Below the pieces are notes generated by a model. The model was not told the origin of the DNA. It did no database searches and saw only the letters and a program-made list of their open reading frames with translations. DNA of 64,000 nucleotides, from positions 496,001 to 560,000 of the forward strand of contig VJWM01000119.1 of assembly GCA_010909165.1 (NCBI GenBank). The letters are read 5' to 3'. The stretch is from Anthoceros angustus (Eukaryota; Plantae; Anthocerotophyta). Shown one piece after another: positions 1 through 11,996 of this stretch; position 1 is the stretch's first letter, and every line of letters begins with the position of its first letter. Both the position numbers and the translations under genes were made by a program.

Positions 1-403
1 CAGCGACAGAGCTAGCCCGCGATGACTTCGTTGTTTCGAGACATCTTGCCGAATTGCTTCAAGCGCTGGAGGTCCTTGTTCTGGGGTCTGAAGGGCTTAG
101 ACAAATTTTTGCTCCCAACTACCCTGAAATGGTTCCTGGCCATATATGCCATGGTAAAATAGTACATTATGTTGCTCAAAATGGAGTGTGTTGTACGAAA
201 GGCATCTATGGGTGAGAAATTAGTGTCGGACACACAAGTCGCAGGAGGGATTTTGAACTCACATATTTGCAGCAACAAAGTTAAGTGTTGAAACTTCAAC
301 AGCTGCTATTAGGTGGTCGAACTCCCTTTAAGGGTTACCCAAGAAACCTTTTTTTAAGCAATAATTCGACTTTATACCCAAGAAACTTTAAGTTATCATC
401 CAG

Positions 404-495
404 GAGAGAACGTGAAGACTTTATAAATATGAGGAGATTGGAAGTCCCATCTACACCGGGCCCATGGGAAACAACCCTCTAGGGCCCAAGCCATC
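404..495 (-). mobile_element. Short 3'-tail fragment of a CRE-like non-LTR retrotransposon
   Basis: The reverse complement (GGTGTAGATGG..TTCCAATCTC..ATAAAGTCT) resembles the 3' UTR at 10495-10595. It is flanked by near-identical 15-mers TAAGTTATCATCCAG (389-403) and TAAGCTATCATCTAG (496-510), a putative TSD. Confidence 0.55.
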
Positions 496-499
496 TAAG

Positions 500-571
500 C
501 TATCATCTAGTCATATACATAAAAGAACCCCAAAACTATCATCTAGCCATATACATAAATGAACCCCAAAA
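500..571. repeat. Two-copy ~36 bp tandem repeat
   Basis: CTATCATCTAG(T/C)CATATACATAAA(A/T)GAACCCCAAAA occurs twice in tandem. Confidence 0.8.
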
Positions 572-3405
572 CGTCCACCTCTCTTTCCCAATTTTTTGAA
601 AGAAATTTTATTAACATCAGTTGAATTTCTGTGGGCATCTAGTTGTATGGGAGGTAAAATATGAGAAAACACAAGTACAGTCCCAATGCACCATCACAAA
701 TCAAAATCAAGATTAGGATCAAGATACCCAAGACCCAGCCCCGTTCACTTGCCCGGCATTGGGCTCTTTATTGTGCCGGCACCCGGCCTATTCGTAGTGC
801 TGATCCGGTCCGTGCTTTACACATCCTCATTATGGAGACTCAGTCGGGGCGTTGCGGGACTCACAGCATTGTGTGAAACAAATGGCACCGTCAGGCTGTG
901 AACAACGCAGAACCCGAATTCAATTTTCAAATTGATGGTGAAACAAGTATTTAATTAGTGGATGATGGATGCCCCTCATTTATTTAGAAAAAAGAAATCA
1001 TTCCTATGGCACAACAAATAGTCGAGGGAGATTAGTTGGAAGACATTCCGCATGAGTCTCCGCGCTTGGAATCCATCGCCATGCCACAGAGCTACTTGAA
1101 TTGAATAGTACACGAGGGTTCAATTAAGATGGCAGCCGCCCCCACTGATATGATTGCTCTTCATTTTGGGGTTTTGCTCTAGGAAACCAATGCAAGGCTT
1201 CTGATCATGTTGCGCGCAAATAGGTATGGTGGAGGAATGAGTTCAGAACAGGCTGCTCTCGAATATGATACCAGAGTACGTCCACAAATATCTTCCTTTC
1301 CAGATGCTGACGATGATCATGTCGGGTCTCCTTTGAAAATGCTGACAAAGATCCCTTTTTCAAGTACTTGCGTTTGAAGTAAGAAGGAAACATAACATTC
1401 GAGTCAACACTATCTCAGCGGGTACGTTACTTCTCTAGGGCTACTAGATATATGGCCTTAGTATCTATGCCCTGCGAGGATATTAGAAGCATTTCTGCAC
1501 TTCTGTTTCAAATTCATACTTCGTTAAAGAAATGCATTTTATCGTTTCAATGAAATGTGTCCACCTAACCGTGCTTCCACCGGAGATATGAACTTGTATC
1601 GCGGTATGCACCCACCCATAGAGAGAAGGTCCATCATGCAGGAGAGAGCAGGTGCGAGACCCAGCTCGCGTCTGGAGGCATACCATGGTTTAGCCGATTC
1701 TTTCACTTTCATAACTCATTTTTTGGTGCAATTAAGCGGGGATTCTTGCACATTCTAAAAGGGGCCCTCATATTTTACATGCCCAAGACTCAATTGATAT
1801 CGCTCAAAAAGACTCAATTTGATCAACTCGGGCTCAAACCGTGGACGTCTTGCCATGTTGGGGTGTAAACCAAGGATGGTCATCCTGTGTCAAGGTACAT
1901 GTAACATGTGACCACTGCCAATTAGGTAGCACGCAGGATCTCTAGCACATAGCAAGTTGCATGAAGAGAGTGCCCACGAGCTTAGACAAAATGCAAGATA
2001 AAAGAACCATCGGAATAGTTAAGACCATGGTAACTAATCCCAGAATGCCCAAGGTACTCACATCGATTCTTTTGATCTACGTGCTTTGACATTATGTACA
2101 ATTTTGTAGGCATACATTAGATGATTCATGTTAAGGTAGCCTTTTGTAAAAAATTCTGCCTTCTAAATTGTGAAGAATAATTGATTTTTTTTTACCAATC
2201 TATCTAGTCGAAATACAAATGAATCTTTTAAAAATCATCCAAGCCCCTCAAGAAATGAAAACCATTACTACGAGGATAAGGATCCAAACGTAAGGATACA
2301 GATTTTTCGTAAGTTGAAAAGGTTTTTTCTTGGACTATGTTCCTTATTATTTTTAGAAAAATAATAAAATATTTTGACAAACGGCTTTCCTTAAAATACA
2401 GTTTTTTCCTGAAAAACAAGGCATGTAGTCTTTCCAACTCATTAGGGACCTAGACTATCTGATGAAAATCCATGAAGTAACATTTGGTGCCCATTTCTTA
2501 GGCAATTTGTGAGGTTTTCTTAAGTTTCTTTCACGTTTCTATCGGATAGTGCTCAAAAGTTTTCAATTTATTTTATTATGTAGAGGACAAATTTAGGGAC
2601 GAATTTCCACCTTAACATGAACTAGTTTCATTCTGCATAATCGGGGGCCAGCAATACAAGTAGCCTAGACGCAAAAAAGTAATATCCATCCAACTTTTCT
2701 TGCATGTTTATGTTTTGCCGGCTACCATAAACTTACGCTTTCAACATTATGTATGCAACATCTCTACTCATGGTGGAAAAAAAAAATTGGTAAAAAATAA
2801 ACTTCCATGAATTCAGACAATAACTTAGCAAAGTTGTCAGTAACCTGCTAGTTGTAACGCTTTTCAGGGCCCTAGTCTTGCTGCTGGCACTCTAGCGGTC
2901 TGCCTATTCAGACCCCTAGTGTATGGGCCTTTGAAACCCCTAGTTGATCGTTGATGTATTCAAAGCTCTTAGCCCCCTCGAGGCCAGTATATCTCCGATG
3001 TTGTAATGCCCTTTGGAACTCTCTAAATTAAATGGAATATAAAATATTCAATATTCAAGATTACAATAAAATAATAAAACTATATTTGAGAGTACGTAGG
3101 AAAACATGGATAAGATATCTAGTTAATCTTATTAATTTTATATCATTATATCGAATTTAAAGTGTCACCAAATTGTATATATGTGAGATAAGCATAGAGA
3201 ATAAATAGCCTTGTTCATCCTTGTGAGCCCGATGAGAGGAGAACATTTGTAAGTTAGATAGGTATTTGTTTTATGAATATTTTGAATATCTACGATGTCC
3301 TCGCTGTGTTTGTAATTGTTTTACAATGCAACTATTGATAATGCTAATGCTTTGTGTGCGCTTAATTATTTATGTGATGTAGGAGTTCAACATTAACTAA
3401 AGGTC

Positions 3406-4268
3406 ATGACGCAGAGATGCTCCAACCATCCTATTTGGGAGTATTACACAGAGGAGTACTCGGAGAAATACAAGAACTTATCGCAAATAGTTTGCAAGTT
3501 TTGTGGGAAGAACTTCGCTTCAAGAAACTCTAGCAGGGCAGTTTATCATCTCCTTGGTGGGAGTATAGATATTGCAGAGTGCAAATGCTGTCCTATTGAA
3601 TTGAAATCCGTGATAAGAGATGAGTGCGAACCACATACTAAGAAGGTACATGAACATTGTTTGTTCTAATGTAATATTTTATGTTTTCCGTTAGTATTCA
3701 CATCTCTAATTCTGTGTATGACTATGGGAATCAGCGAAAACAAGTGAGGCAAAAGCCAGTAGAAGCCCAGCCATGTTTGCTGAAGAGGATGATGCAGTTG
3801 TGTTCTGATCCCAACGAAGAAGATATTTCGACTCGGATGAAATTGATCCATCATGGGATTTTGAAAGATGGATTTGATGGGAAAATATTCATAGGCCCCA
3901 AAGAGGATGGTGTCACGTTGATGCAACCCGATAGTAAGAGTCTTGTCATTACTGTGGAGGTATATTCCTTTGATGAGTTCAAGAGTGTAGATTGCAATCA
4001 GGACTATAATGTCATTCCCTTTATGCATGAGGAGCAACCTAACAACTTCGTGATGCGAGTGCCGAAGACGCCGAATATCCCATGGAGTGCGCAATCTGAA
4101 GTCCAATACATTCACATGGCCAAGACATGGATAAATATCTGCGAGGAGCATTATGGAGATCCAGAAAATAATTATGTCATTATGTGTGAGCCGTCTTATG
4201 TATATGCTGGGGATATGCAAAGCTTGGAAGATTTTAAGATTGTAGTAGAGCAACATTGGCTCCATTGA
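3406..4268 (+). CDS. BED zinc-finger protein, TE-derived family copy A; exons 3406-3645 and 3735-4268 (~257 aa)
   Basis: HPIWEYY..VCKFC..RAVYHLLG..IAECKCCP is a BED finger. A phase-0 GT-AG intron joins it in frame to the downstream ORF. The same intron is present in copy C. Confidence 0.6.
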
Positions 4269-5077
4269 TATTCCTTGAAATTGGTCCTAAGGAGTCATCT
4301 AGAATATTACATGAGTTCAAGCCCTTTGTGAAATTGTACGAGAACTCTGCTTGCCGAGGATGTGCAAAACTTAAACTTACAAAAAATAATATTTTACAAA
4401 AATTTTGTTTCTGCAATTCAATTCAATGCATGTTACTGATTGTTAGGATTCGATGAACACAATGCCACCTTATCATCGAGCCAGACTGGGTGCTACACTT
4501 CAGCGACAAATAACAGTTGCCCAGTAGATGGCAGGCACGATCTCTAGCATTGGAGACAGCGAAATGGGTACCACGCAGGAAGGATATTTTGCATTTTGCC
4601 CGGCATCTGACATCCTGCCAAGGAGGCAGCAGGTACGACCTCTGGCATTGAAGGCGGATTGCGGTTCACAGTGAGCGCATATGTAGACAGCCACGATTTA
4701 TAGGACGACGGTTTTCAGCAAGTCCCGGATAGATTTACAATTTTACAATCTGGTCTGATCTCTTATAATCTAATGATCTCCGGACAGACCCCTTGACAGT
4801 TTGATTTCCTTTACTACTGAAATATACATCCTTTACATACATACATCCGCTTGATTAAGAAAAATAGTTATTAGGTACGAGATTGCAGACCATCCTCATA
4901 AAATCGCATAAAAGGAAACACCGATATGCTCTTAGCTTGGAGAAGATGGCCCAGCCCTACTGATTTGTAGCAATACCACTGTCATCCCTTCTCAAGAGAC
5001 CTTGAAGTCCTGGTACCAAAGCATAGAGGCATGGATGATTCAATTACCCAACTTAATATTGATCTGCAGCACCACGT

Positions 5078-6849
5078 TTAGGAGAAGTCCCTGTCGGGGA
5101 AGAACACCGGAGCAACCAACGACCAGATGTAGAGTCCAGCCGTAAACCAGAGGGTACATATGCGCACCCATACAGATGGCCATCCCACATCAATGATATC
5201 CTTCTCACCTACTGTAGCATTACCCCAGCCTGTGAGAAGCATCGCTGAGTACATGCTGGCCAGGGCAAAGATGAGGTGGAAGAAAGAGTACACATATGTA
5301 ACAGGACGCGGCTCCTCACTGCGCTTTCTTTTGTGGCTACCCTTTCCCTCTTCCAGCTCACTGCCTTCCTCATCATGCACTGACAGCAGTGGCTTACGCG
5401 GAGCTGAACAGAACAGAAATACACTCATCGGAATGTCCCAATCCAATTGCGATTTCAAAATAAGCACCAAACACTGAACCGGTGAAACAACAAACGGAGC
5501 AACTTACCGCCAGCCACTGGTGATGATGGAGGAGAAAGGAAAGTTGTGGAGGATCCAGCTCGCACAGCAGAATATACAACTGACAGGAGGGTGGTCAGCA
5601 TCCCCATGACAAGAGTCCCAGTAGAGACAGCTTCCACATGCCTGTGAAGCCCGTTACAAGCGTAATTGCGTGGTTCACTGGAAAGGGCACTATAGCAGAG
5701 GTAGGAGCAGTACAATGCAATGACGGAAGCCGGCAGAAGGCTACCATTGACCTGTTCCAACAACCAGAAAAGCCATAAGCACACACAAATTTCAATGGTA
5801 TAAATACTAGGAGCATGCACAAAGTTGGAGTCCACCCTGGGAGTACCTTTGGGTGCAGAGAGACAAGGGCGAAGGCAACCCCAAAGAAAAGAGTACAAAC
5901 AATGAAGAAAGTATTCAACTGGCAATCCTGACCCGCCGGATTAAACCAATGGAACAGGAAGCCGGAGAGCACAAAGCTGCCAAGGTAGCAGGCTATAGAG
6001 CACACAAGCAGGGCAATGTACCTGGATGCCCACTTCGACACGTAAGTAAAACAAAGGAGCCTCCCAATACATACCTCGCCTACCACCGCAGCTCACAAAC
6101 CAAAAACATCCAAATCAGATAGCAACTTTACCAGAATTGCTCATCCTTGGCCACCCATGCGGCATTCCAATTATGTGTGAAGTCCAGCAGTATCAGAACC
6201 TGCACCAACAGAAACAACCCGGACCCGAACTTGGCCAGCGTGCCTGCACAGGGAAACAGTCGGTCACGCATGCCACATCCACCAGCAAACCCTAACCTTC
6301 ATACGCCATCCCTGCAGGCGTACCGTAGGCATTGGCGACCCCGTTCGGCAAGAAGAACATGAGGAACACGGTCAGGATCCACAGAAACAGCTTGAACATC
6401 CAGCCACCATGGTGCCATCCATCCCGTGCATCATTCTGGTACTTCACCCCGATCATCAGCACGGCAAAACCTAGAAAGTAGAGGAAATTCCCCAAGCTCA
6501 CACGCAGCACCGCCTGCGTGGCAAACCACTCCTGGCTTGGGGTATCCGTAAACACGTTGATCCCTACAGCCACAGAGTCGGACACACAGAGTCACGCATC
6601 GTCCTTCTGCCAAAGGCCGCATCCTCACACCCCCGGACATCGAGCCAGCAGGTCACCGCACTTACATGGAATCTTCTCCAGCAGCGGGCCGGCAAAATCC
6701 CGAAGCAGCCATGCCACGATGAGCGACAAGGTGAAGAGGCCGCAGTATGCTATGCGCGCGGATCGTCGAGATATGCCATCGGCAATTCCCTTAATCCCCG
6801 CACACGCACACGCCCCACAGCCTTGCAAGCAGCAGGCAGCGATCCACAT
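5078..6849 (-). CDS. Serine incorporator (SERINC/TMS1) family membrane protein, 6 exons (6849-6666, 6563-6324, 6243-6132, 6021-5847, 5751-5508, 5403-5078)
   Basis: Cys-rich N-terminus, SARIAYCGLF, HHGGW, YSFFHLIFALASMYSAMLLTGW, WSLVAPVFFPDRDF. The exons sum to 1281 nt in frame. Confidence 0.93.
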
Positions 6850-7057
6850 TGCAACTCCAAAGCGAGCTTCACGCGCCTGTGGGCTCTTTTTATTTTCTCC
6901 TCCACGCGGTCAAACTCCAACACTCCCGACGTCCTAGGGCTCTCATCTTTTCTGCGTGGCGACCATACATATATGTACACCTAGGTAGCCCAGGTACCCA
7001 GTCCTGCCTTTTTTAAATGTGACCATTTTTAAATGTGACCATCTGCGAGTACATACC

Positions 7058-8718
7058 TAGCTGCCACACAAGGGTAGTTAATGTCTAAGCTCATTCCTGC
7101 AGTAAAATTTTCCTTCTCTTTAGGTAGTTTTATGAGCATCAACCTTATAGAAACCACGTAATTATAAGATAAGATTTATTAATATATCTTATATCTATCA
7201 CGCAAGTGCACCAGACTCTTGAATTTGCTTCATGAGGCTTTTGAATCACTCTGTTTTGCATAACAACAAGACTTTATAAAGGATTTTCTGCTACATACAG
7301 TCTCAAATGGAGACAAAGCAGGACAAACAACAGAAGCCGGAAGCCAAGACCCCTCCGACGAGGGACTAAGACTCAAAACAAATAGACAAGAAAAGCTCAA
7401 CCGAGCCTCTCCAGCCAGTGCACCATCCACATATAGGCCACTGGAGGGCCTCTTTTGCCCAATCGATTGGCTAAGGAAACGTAGGATTTGAGAAGCTTCC
7501 TGAAGCGAATGATTTCGGCATTAGATAGAGACCCAAGCTCGAAGCTATCGTTGATGGGAGCTCCCAGGGCAAACAGGTCATGTAACCAATACCAAGTTAT
7601 AGGAGTGGTCTTCAATCGTCTCCTAAAATTTTTGAGAGTCTGCTCGTGCTTCTCTAGACATTTCTTGTTTTGCCCCTCTTGTATTTGCTGATTTCCATAG
7701 TCACACACGAAATTAGAGATGTCAATGTTGAAATGTTTACCTTCTGAGCGTACGCTTAACACTTCTCCCTTATCGTGGATTTCAGTTCAGTAGGACAATG
7801 TTTGCACTGTGCAGTACCTTTTCCCTCTTCGACAAAATGGCAAAATACCCTAGTAGAGCTTTCCAAAGCAAACCCTTTCTTACAAAACTTGCAAACCATT
7901 CGTGAAAATGTCTTGTATTTACTTGAGTACTCCTTTTTGTAATACTTCCAAATAGGATGGCTTGGGCGTCCCCGCACCATGATCTTAACTTGATGTTGAA
8001 CTCCTACCGTACACAACAATCAAACACGCACACAAAGCGTAAACATGATCAACAATTGTAATGTAAAACAACACATAAACAATCAACCACGTACAAAGAA
8101 AGTAAACAATATAAAAAATTGTAATGTAAACAACAACAAAACACGACATGGACTGAATAATAAATCTCGGACATAATACACATATGATATACAAAAAATG
8201 AGAAAAATAAAATCAAACACTAAATAAATACTAAAAAATACGAAAACATTCTGGACATATCATACTCAGAAATTCATGTTGATAACAATTCATGTTGGCC
8301 AAGACTAAAAATGGTGCTTTTGGATTACATGTTGATAACACGTATAACGATTTGGTGACACCTTGTTCTCGAAAATAACATGAATTATCTCGATAACTTA
8401 TTTTATTGATATAAAAAGAGATATCTTATCTATGTTTTGTTGCATACTCTCTTAGATGATTGTATTCTTTTATTTGAATCCTAGAGTATTTTATATTCCA
8501 CTCAATGTAAAAGGCCCAGAAAATTGTTTCAACAGCGGACATATATTAGGGGGGCCTTGAAGAACCTTGCATCAAGGAAGACATACCAAATAAGGGGAAC
8601 TGCAAGTAACGATAGACCTTGTGGTGGTATCTTCTTTTGCATTTCCTATGGCTGAAAAGGCAGGTGATAAGTAGTGCTGGAGTGTCGAGGCCTATTGCCC
8701 CTATCTTCCGATGTACCT
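7058..8718 (-). mobile_element. BED-finger repeat element copy B (degenerate)
   Basis: About 1.65 kb of inverted homology to 33548-35268, including non-coding flanks. Boundaries are approximate. Confidence 0.75.
7397..7980 (-). pseudogene. BED-finger two-exon gene, copy B, with a premature stop and a partly deleted intron
   Basis: MVRGRPSHPIWKYY..VCKFC..CKHCP ends in TAA at 7756. Exon 2 is homologous to 34560-34856 with an indel near EQEDW. Confidence 0.65.
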
Positions 8719-8898
8719 ATTTTATATTTTAATCTAATATGAATATACATTTTCACATAATAAAGGGAGCCTCAAAGAGCCTTCCATCTAACAGGCGATC
8801 AAGATGTACTAAGAACAAGGAGGCTAAAGGGGCTTACAATAGGTAGACCAACGTGAGCCCTTGTACATCATACATCCCATACATAAGAGAAATAAGGG

Positions 8899-10606
8899 TG
8901 GAGGGGGTTTCTAAGTTGGACTCGGCAACGGGCACAAGGCAGGGTGACCCTTTAGGGTGGGCGCTCTTCGCTATGGCGGCCCCAGCGGCACACTCGAGAG
9001 TGCCCGGGCCAATGATGTCGCCCAAAGCCTGCAAAAACTGCCTGTCGAAGGCTCCCAAGCAGGACAACAAAGCCGGAGAAGGAGCAATTGTACGTAGAAG
9101 GTACTCCGGCCGACATGCAAAGCAGAAAGAGAGGATCCCAAATGCCATCTGTGGATCCCCCAATTGAAATAGATCTTCGATGTGCGCCCAATCCTCCATG
9201 AGCGCCGCATCTATGTATTCCTATATGAAAGCCGGGGGCCCCATCGGGACACCAAAAACCCGAAACCCCTGCGCAAAAACAATATTCCCCTCCGAATACT
9301 AAAGAGAAGGCGGAGCACCCCAAGGTGACCAAACCTTGCATTTTATGATCTTGACCTTCAAGCCAAGCCGGAAGAGCTCCAGGGAGAAGATTTCAAAGGC
9401 CCAAGATATGGGAATCCTGGCCTCCCGATTCTTAATTCGGGACTCGCACATTTTGAAAGCATTTGTCTCGGGGGTTGAGGAGGGGGTATTTCCCTTGCAG
9501 GCGTCCTTAAGGGCGGCACAGAGATCTCTATCCTCTGGGGCTAGGGCCGCCATGCCTCTTTTCTCCTCCCTCCCCGAGGTTGGGTTGCGGGGGCTTCAAG
9601 AGTTGCTCCTAGAGAAGCATTATGGGCAGGCGCAGCTGGGCCTTCTTCAGGATTCATCCATTCCCAGGCCCTTCCGTGCTCGGCTTCGCTCTTTCCCAAG
9701 AAAGGGAGCAGGTTCGTGGCTTCTGGCTCGTCTCAATATCCAGGCGTTCCGCATCGCACCAATAACCTTTTCTACCACGATGCGTTTTTGCTTGGGTCTC
9801 GTCCAACCTTTGGCCTATTCTCTCTCTACTTGCACATGTAGGGCTTCCCTCAATGACTTTAGGGCCCATCTGGCCCGCTGTCCCGCTGGCGCGTAGCGTA
9901 CTGCTATGCATGATGCCATCCGGGACGTCATGTTCTCGATAACCAAGGAGGGCAGCTTTTTTCCCTATAGGGAGCGTCCCTACACCTTGCTTAATGGTGT
10001 GTCTCTCACGGCTGACCTTTTCTTGACCCGGGGGGACCAGGTTTCTATCACAGATGTGGTTGTAACGGACTCCACCTGGAATAGTGTCTTTGAGCATGTT
10101 ATCCTCAACCCCCCGGGTTGGGCGGCGGAAGGCTGCGCGATAGCCAAGGTCCACAAGTACTTTCCTATGTAGAACGACCACACTTTTATCCCCCTCGCCA
10201 TTGAGACCCACGGGGCCATGGGTCGGGACTTCTCAAAGTTCCTCAAGGCCTGTGCTAAGGCTTACCACGATCGCAGGAATGGGGTTGGTCTCCCCCTTTC
10301 TTGTATTGTATCTTTCATCAGGCAACGGGTGTCCGTCGCCCTACAGAGGGTATTGGCGAAAGCGGTATTCAGGATGGTGACTAGCGCAGGGGAGGCGGCT
10401 TCTTCGGCGGCGGTGGTAGGTAGGCCCTTCTTATCCTTGATCACGAGATTCTTAGGGCAGTAGGTAGTTTTGAGAAAAGCGATTGTGGGAGTTAGTCCCC
10501 CTTGGCCTAGTGCCCTTTGTTGGGATGACCTTTTTTTTTTTTTGGGTGTAGATGGTGTTTTTTCCATCTCTTTTCTTTCTACATAAAGTCTCTCCATTCT
10601 TTTCAT
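8899..10606 (+). mobile_element. 5'-truncated CRE-like (RT plus RLE endonuclease) non-LTR retrotransposon with an internal inversion
   Basis: RT motif TRQGDPLG (+). The inverted RT C-part and thumb (RLGLKVKIIKC, LGDPQMAFGILSFC..RPEYLLRT) lie on - at ~8980-9410. CCHC knuckle CTC-x8-H-x3-C, HDAIRD, ADL..DVVV, AK..KY and FIPLAIETHG RLE motifs are on + with stops. Candidate TSD AAATAAGGG at 8890-8898 and 10607-10615. Confidence 0.85.
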
Positions 10607-10684
10607 AAATAAGGGAAATCTGGACTGTGATCCATTTGTCCTTGAGAACAAGGTGGTGAAATCATGCCTTGTGTCCCTATATAC

Positions 10685-11110
10685 CAGGGTGTCATTTTGA
10701 CCCCGTCCCAAGCTCGGTCCCGGTCCCGGCATGTGTTAAAAAAAACATGGGACCGGAGGTTCTTTAGGAGTCCGGTCCCCACCCTCGGTCCCCTATTACC
10801 CTCGGGACCGAGGGTTCATAAAAGGTCCGGTTTAAAATTAGTAAATTACTTAATTTTATATCCAAGGATTTATATTTATTATGGACACATGGACCCATCT
10901 TATCATGGACGCACAGCCTGCTGGCTCAATCATGGACTGTAGTCTCTGCAGTCTTTTATATTATTATTTATAAATTATTTATTTATTTATTATTATATTT
11001 AGTGACCAAGGGTCGCAAAAAGGCATGGTCCCTGCTCGGTCCGGGACCGAGCGTAGCCAGGGTAGGCGGTCCAGGGGACTGAGCTAGTACTCGGTCAAAA
11101 TGACACCCTG
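10685..11110. mobile_element. hAT-type MITE (426 bp)
   Basis: Perfect 18 bp TIR CAGGGTGTCATTTTGACC. 8 bp TSD CTATATAC/CTTTATAC with one mismatch. Subterminal GGTCCC/GGGACC repeats and no coding capacity. Confidence 0.9.
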
Positions 11111-11334
11111 CTTTATACCTATCTAATCTTTCAATCTTAGCAACGTAGAGCAGTTATATACATGAAGTCCTAGGTTGTGTGTAAAAAAGCCCCTTCCATA
11201 AAATACGGCTATAAAGTCCAAAAATTAGAAACAAGATTCTAAATAATTCTTCTCATTTAATACTTATATGTTTATAATCAAAATCTGAATCGAACAAAAT
11301 ATGGTGATAAAATATGTTATAAATAAAGAAAAGA

Positions 11335-11382
11335 ACGTAGAGCCTTTATAAATATGCAAAGATGGAAGTCCCATCTACATTG
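11335..11382 (-). mobile_element. Very short CRE-like 3'-tail remnant
   Basis: CTTTATAAATATG..GATGGAAGTCCCATCTACA closely matches 419-455. Confidence 0.45.
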
Positions 11383-11519
11383 GGGTGAAAACTATGTGCA
11401 ATGGTTCGTTCTCCGCGTTTAATGGTTACCGGTAGCTGCACGTTGGGGTGTAAGCGTGCGCTTACAGGGCATTGTGCATTGCGCATTGTGCACGGAACAG
11501 CGACGGAGAGCCGGGAGGT

Positions 11520-11580
11520 GACCGTTGCAGAGAGAGGGACAGGAGAGAGAAGAGAGCCGTTGGCCTGGTTTACGTCCGTT
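11520..11580 (+). promoter_or_regulatory. Three MSA (mitosis-specific activator, MYB3R-binding) AACGG cores upstream of cyclin B
   Basis: CCGTT at 11522, 11557 and 11576. Two are in CAACGG context (GACCGTTG, GCCGTTGG), typical of plant G2/M promoters. Confidence 0.75.
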
Positions 11581-11996
11581 CAGCCGAGGCCCTTCTTCTC
11601 CCGGCTTGCCAGTGCCAAATGGTGCTGCATTCTGCTCTGCTTCGCGCTCGCGCTCTCTTGGAAGCTGGTGTGCGTAGGACGGAAGACCGCCGCTCTGCAC
11701 TGCTGCTTCTGCTTCAGCCGCTGCGTTAGCTGCTGAAGCGCTTCAATCTGTGCTTGCTGCTGTCTCTTGTTTCTGCAGAGGAGGAGGCCTTCAATTCTCC
11801 CCTTCGCTTCTTTGCATTCACTAGCCTTCGTTATCATTTTGTTGTTCCTGCTTGATTCTGGTGCTCGGTGAGGTAGAGCAGGGGAGAGTCGGGGATGTGG
11901 TTTGCTTGGCCTTGCATCAATCCAGCTCAGCACGCTCTTGGCATCTGAGCAGTTGTGTGTGCATCGGAGGGAGTGACCGGCAATTATTCTGCAGCA

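Noticed and set aside
900-1200. Possible retropepsin remnant (FQIDGE..LVDDG)
   Set aside because: The motif is too degenerate, contains stops, and no other pol domains are visible.
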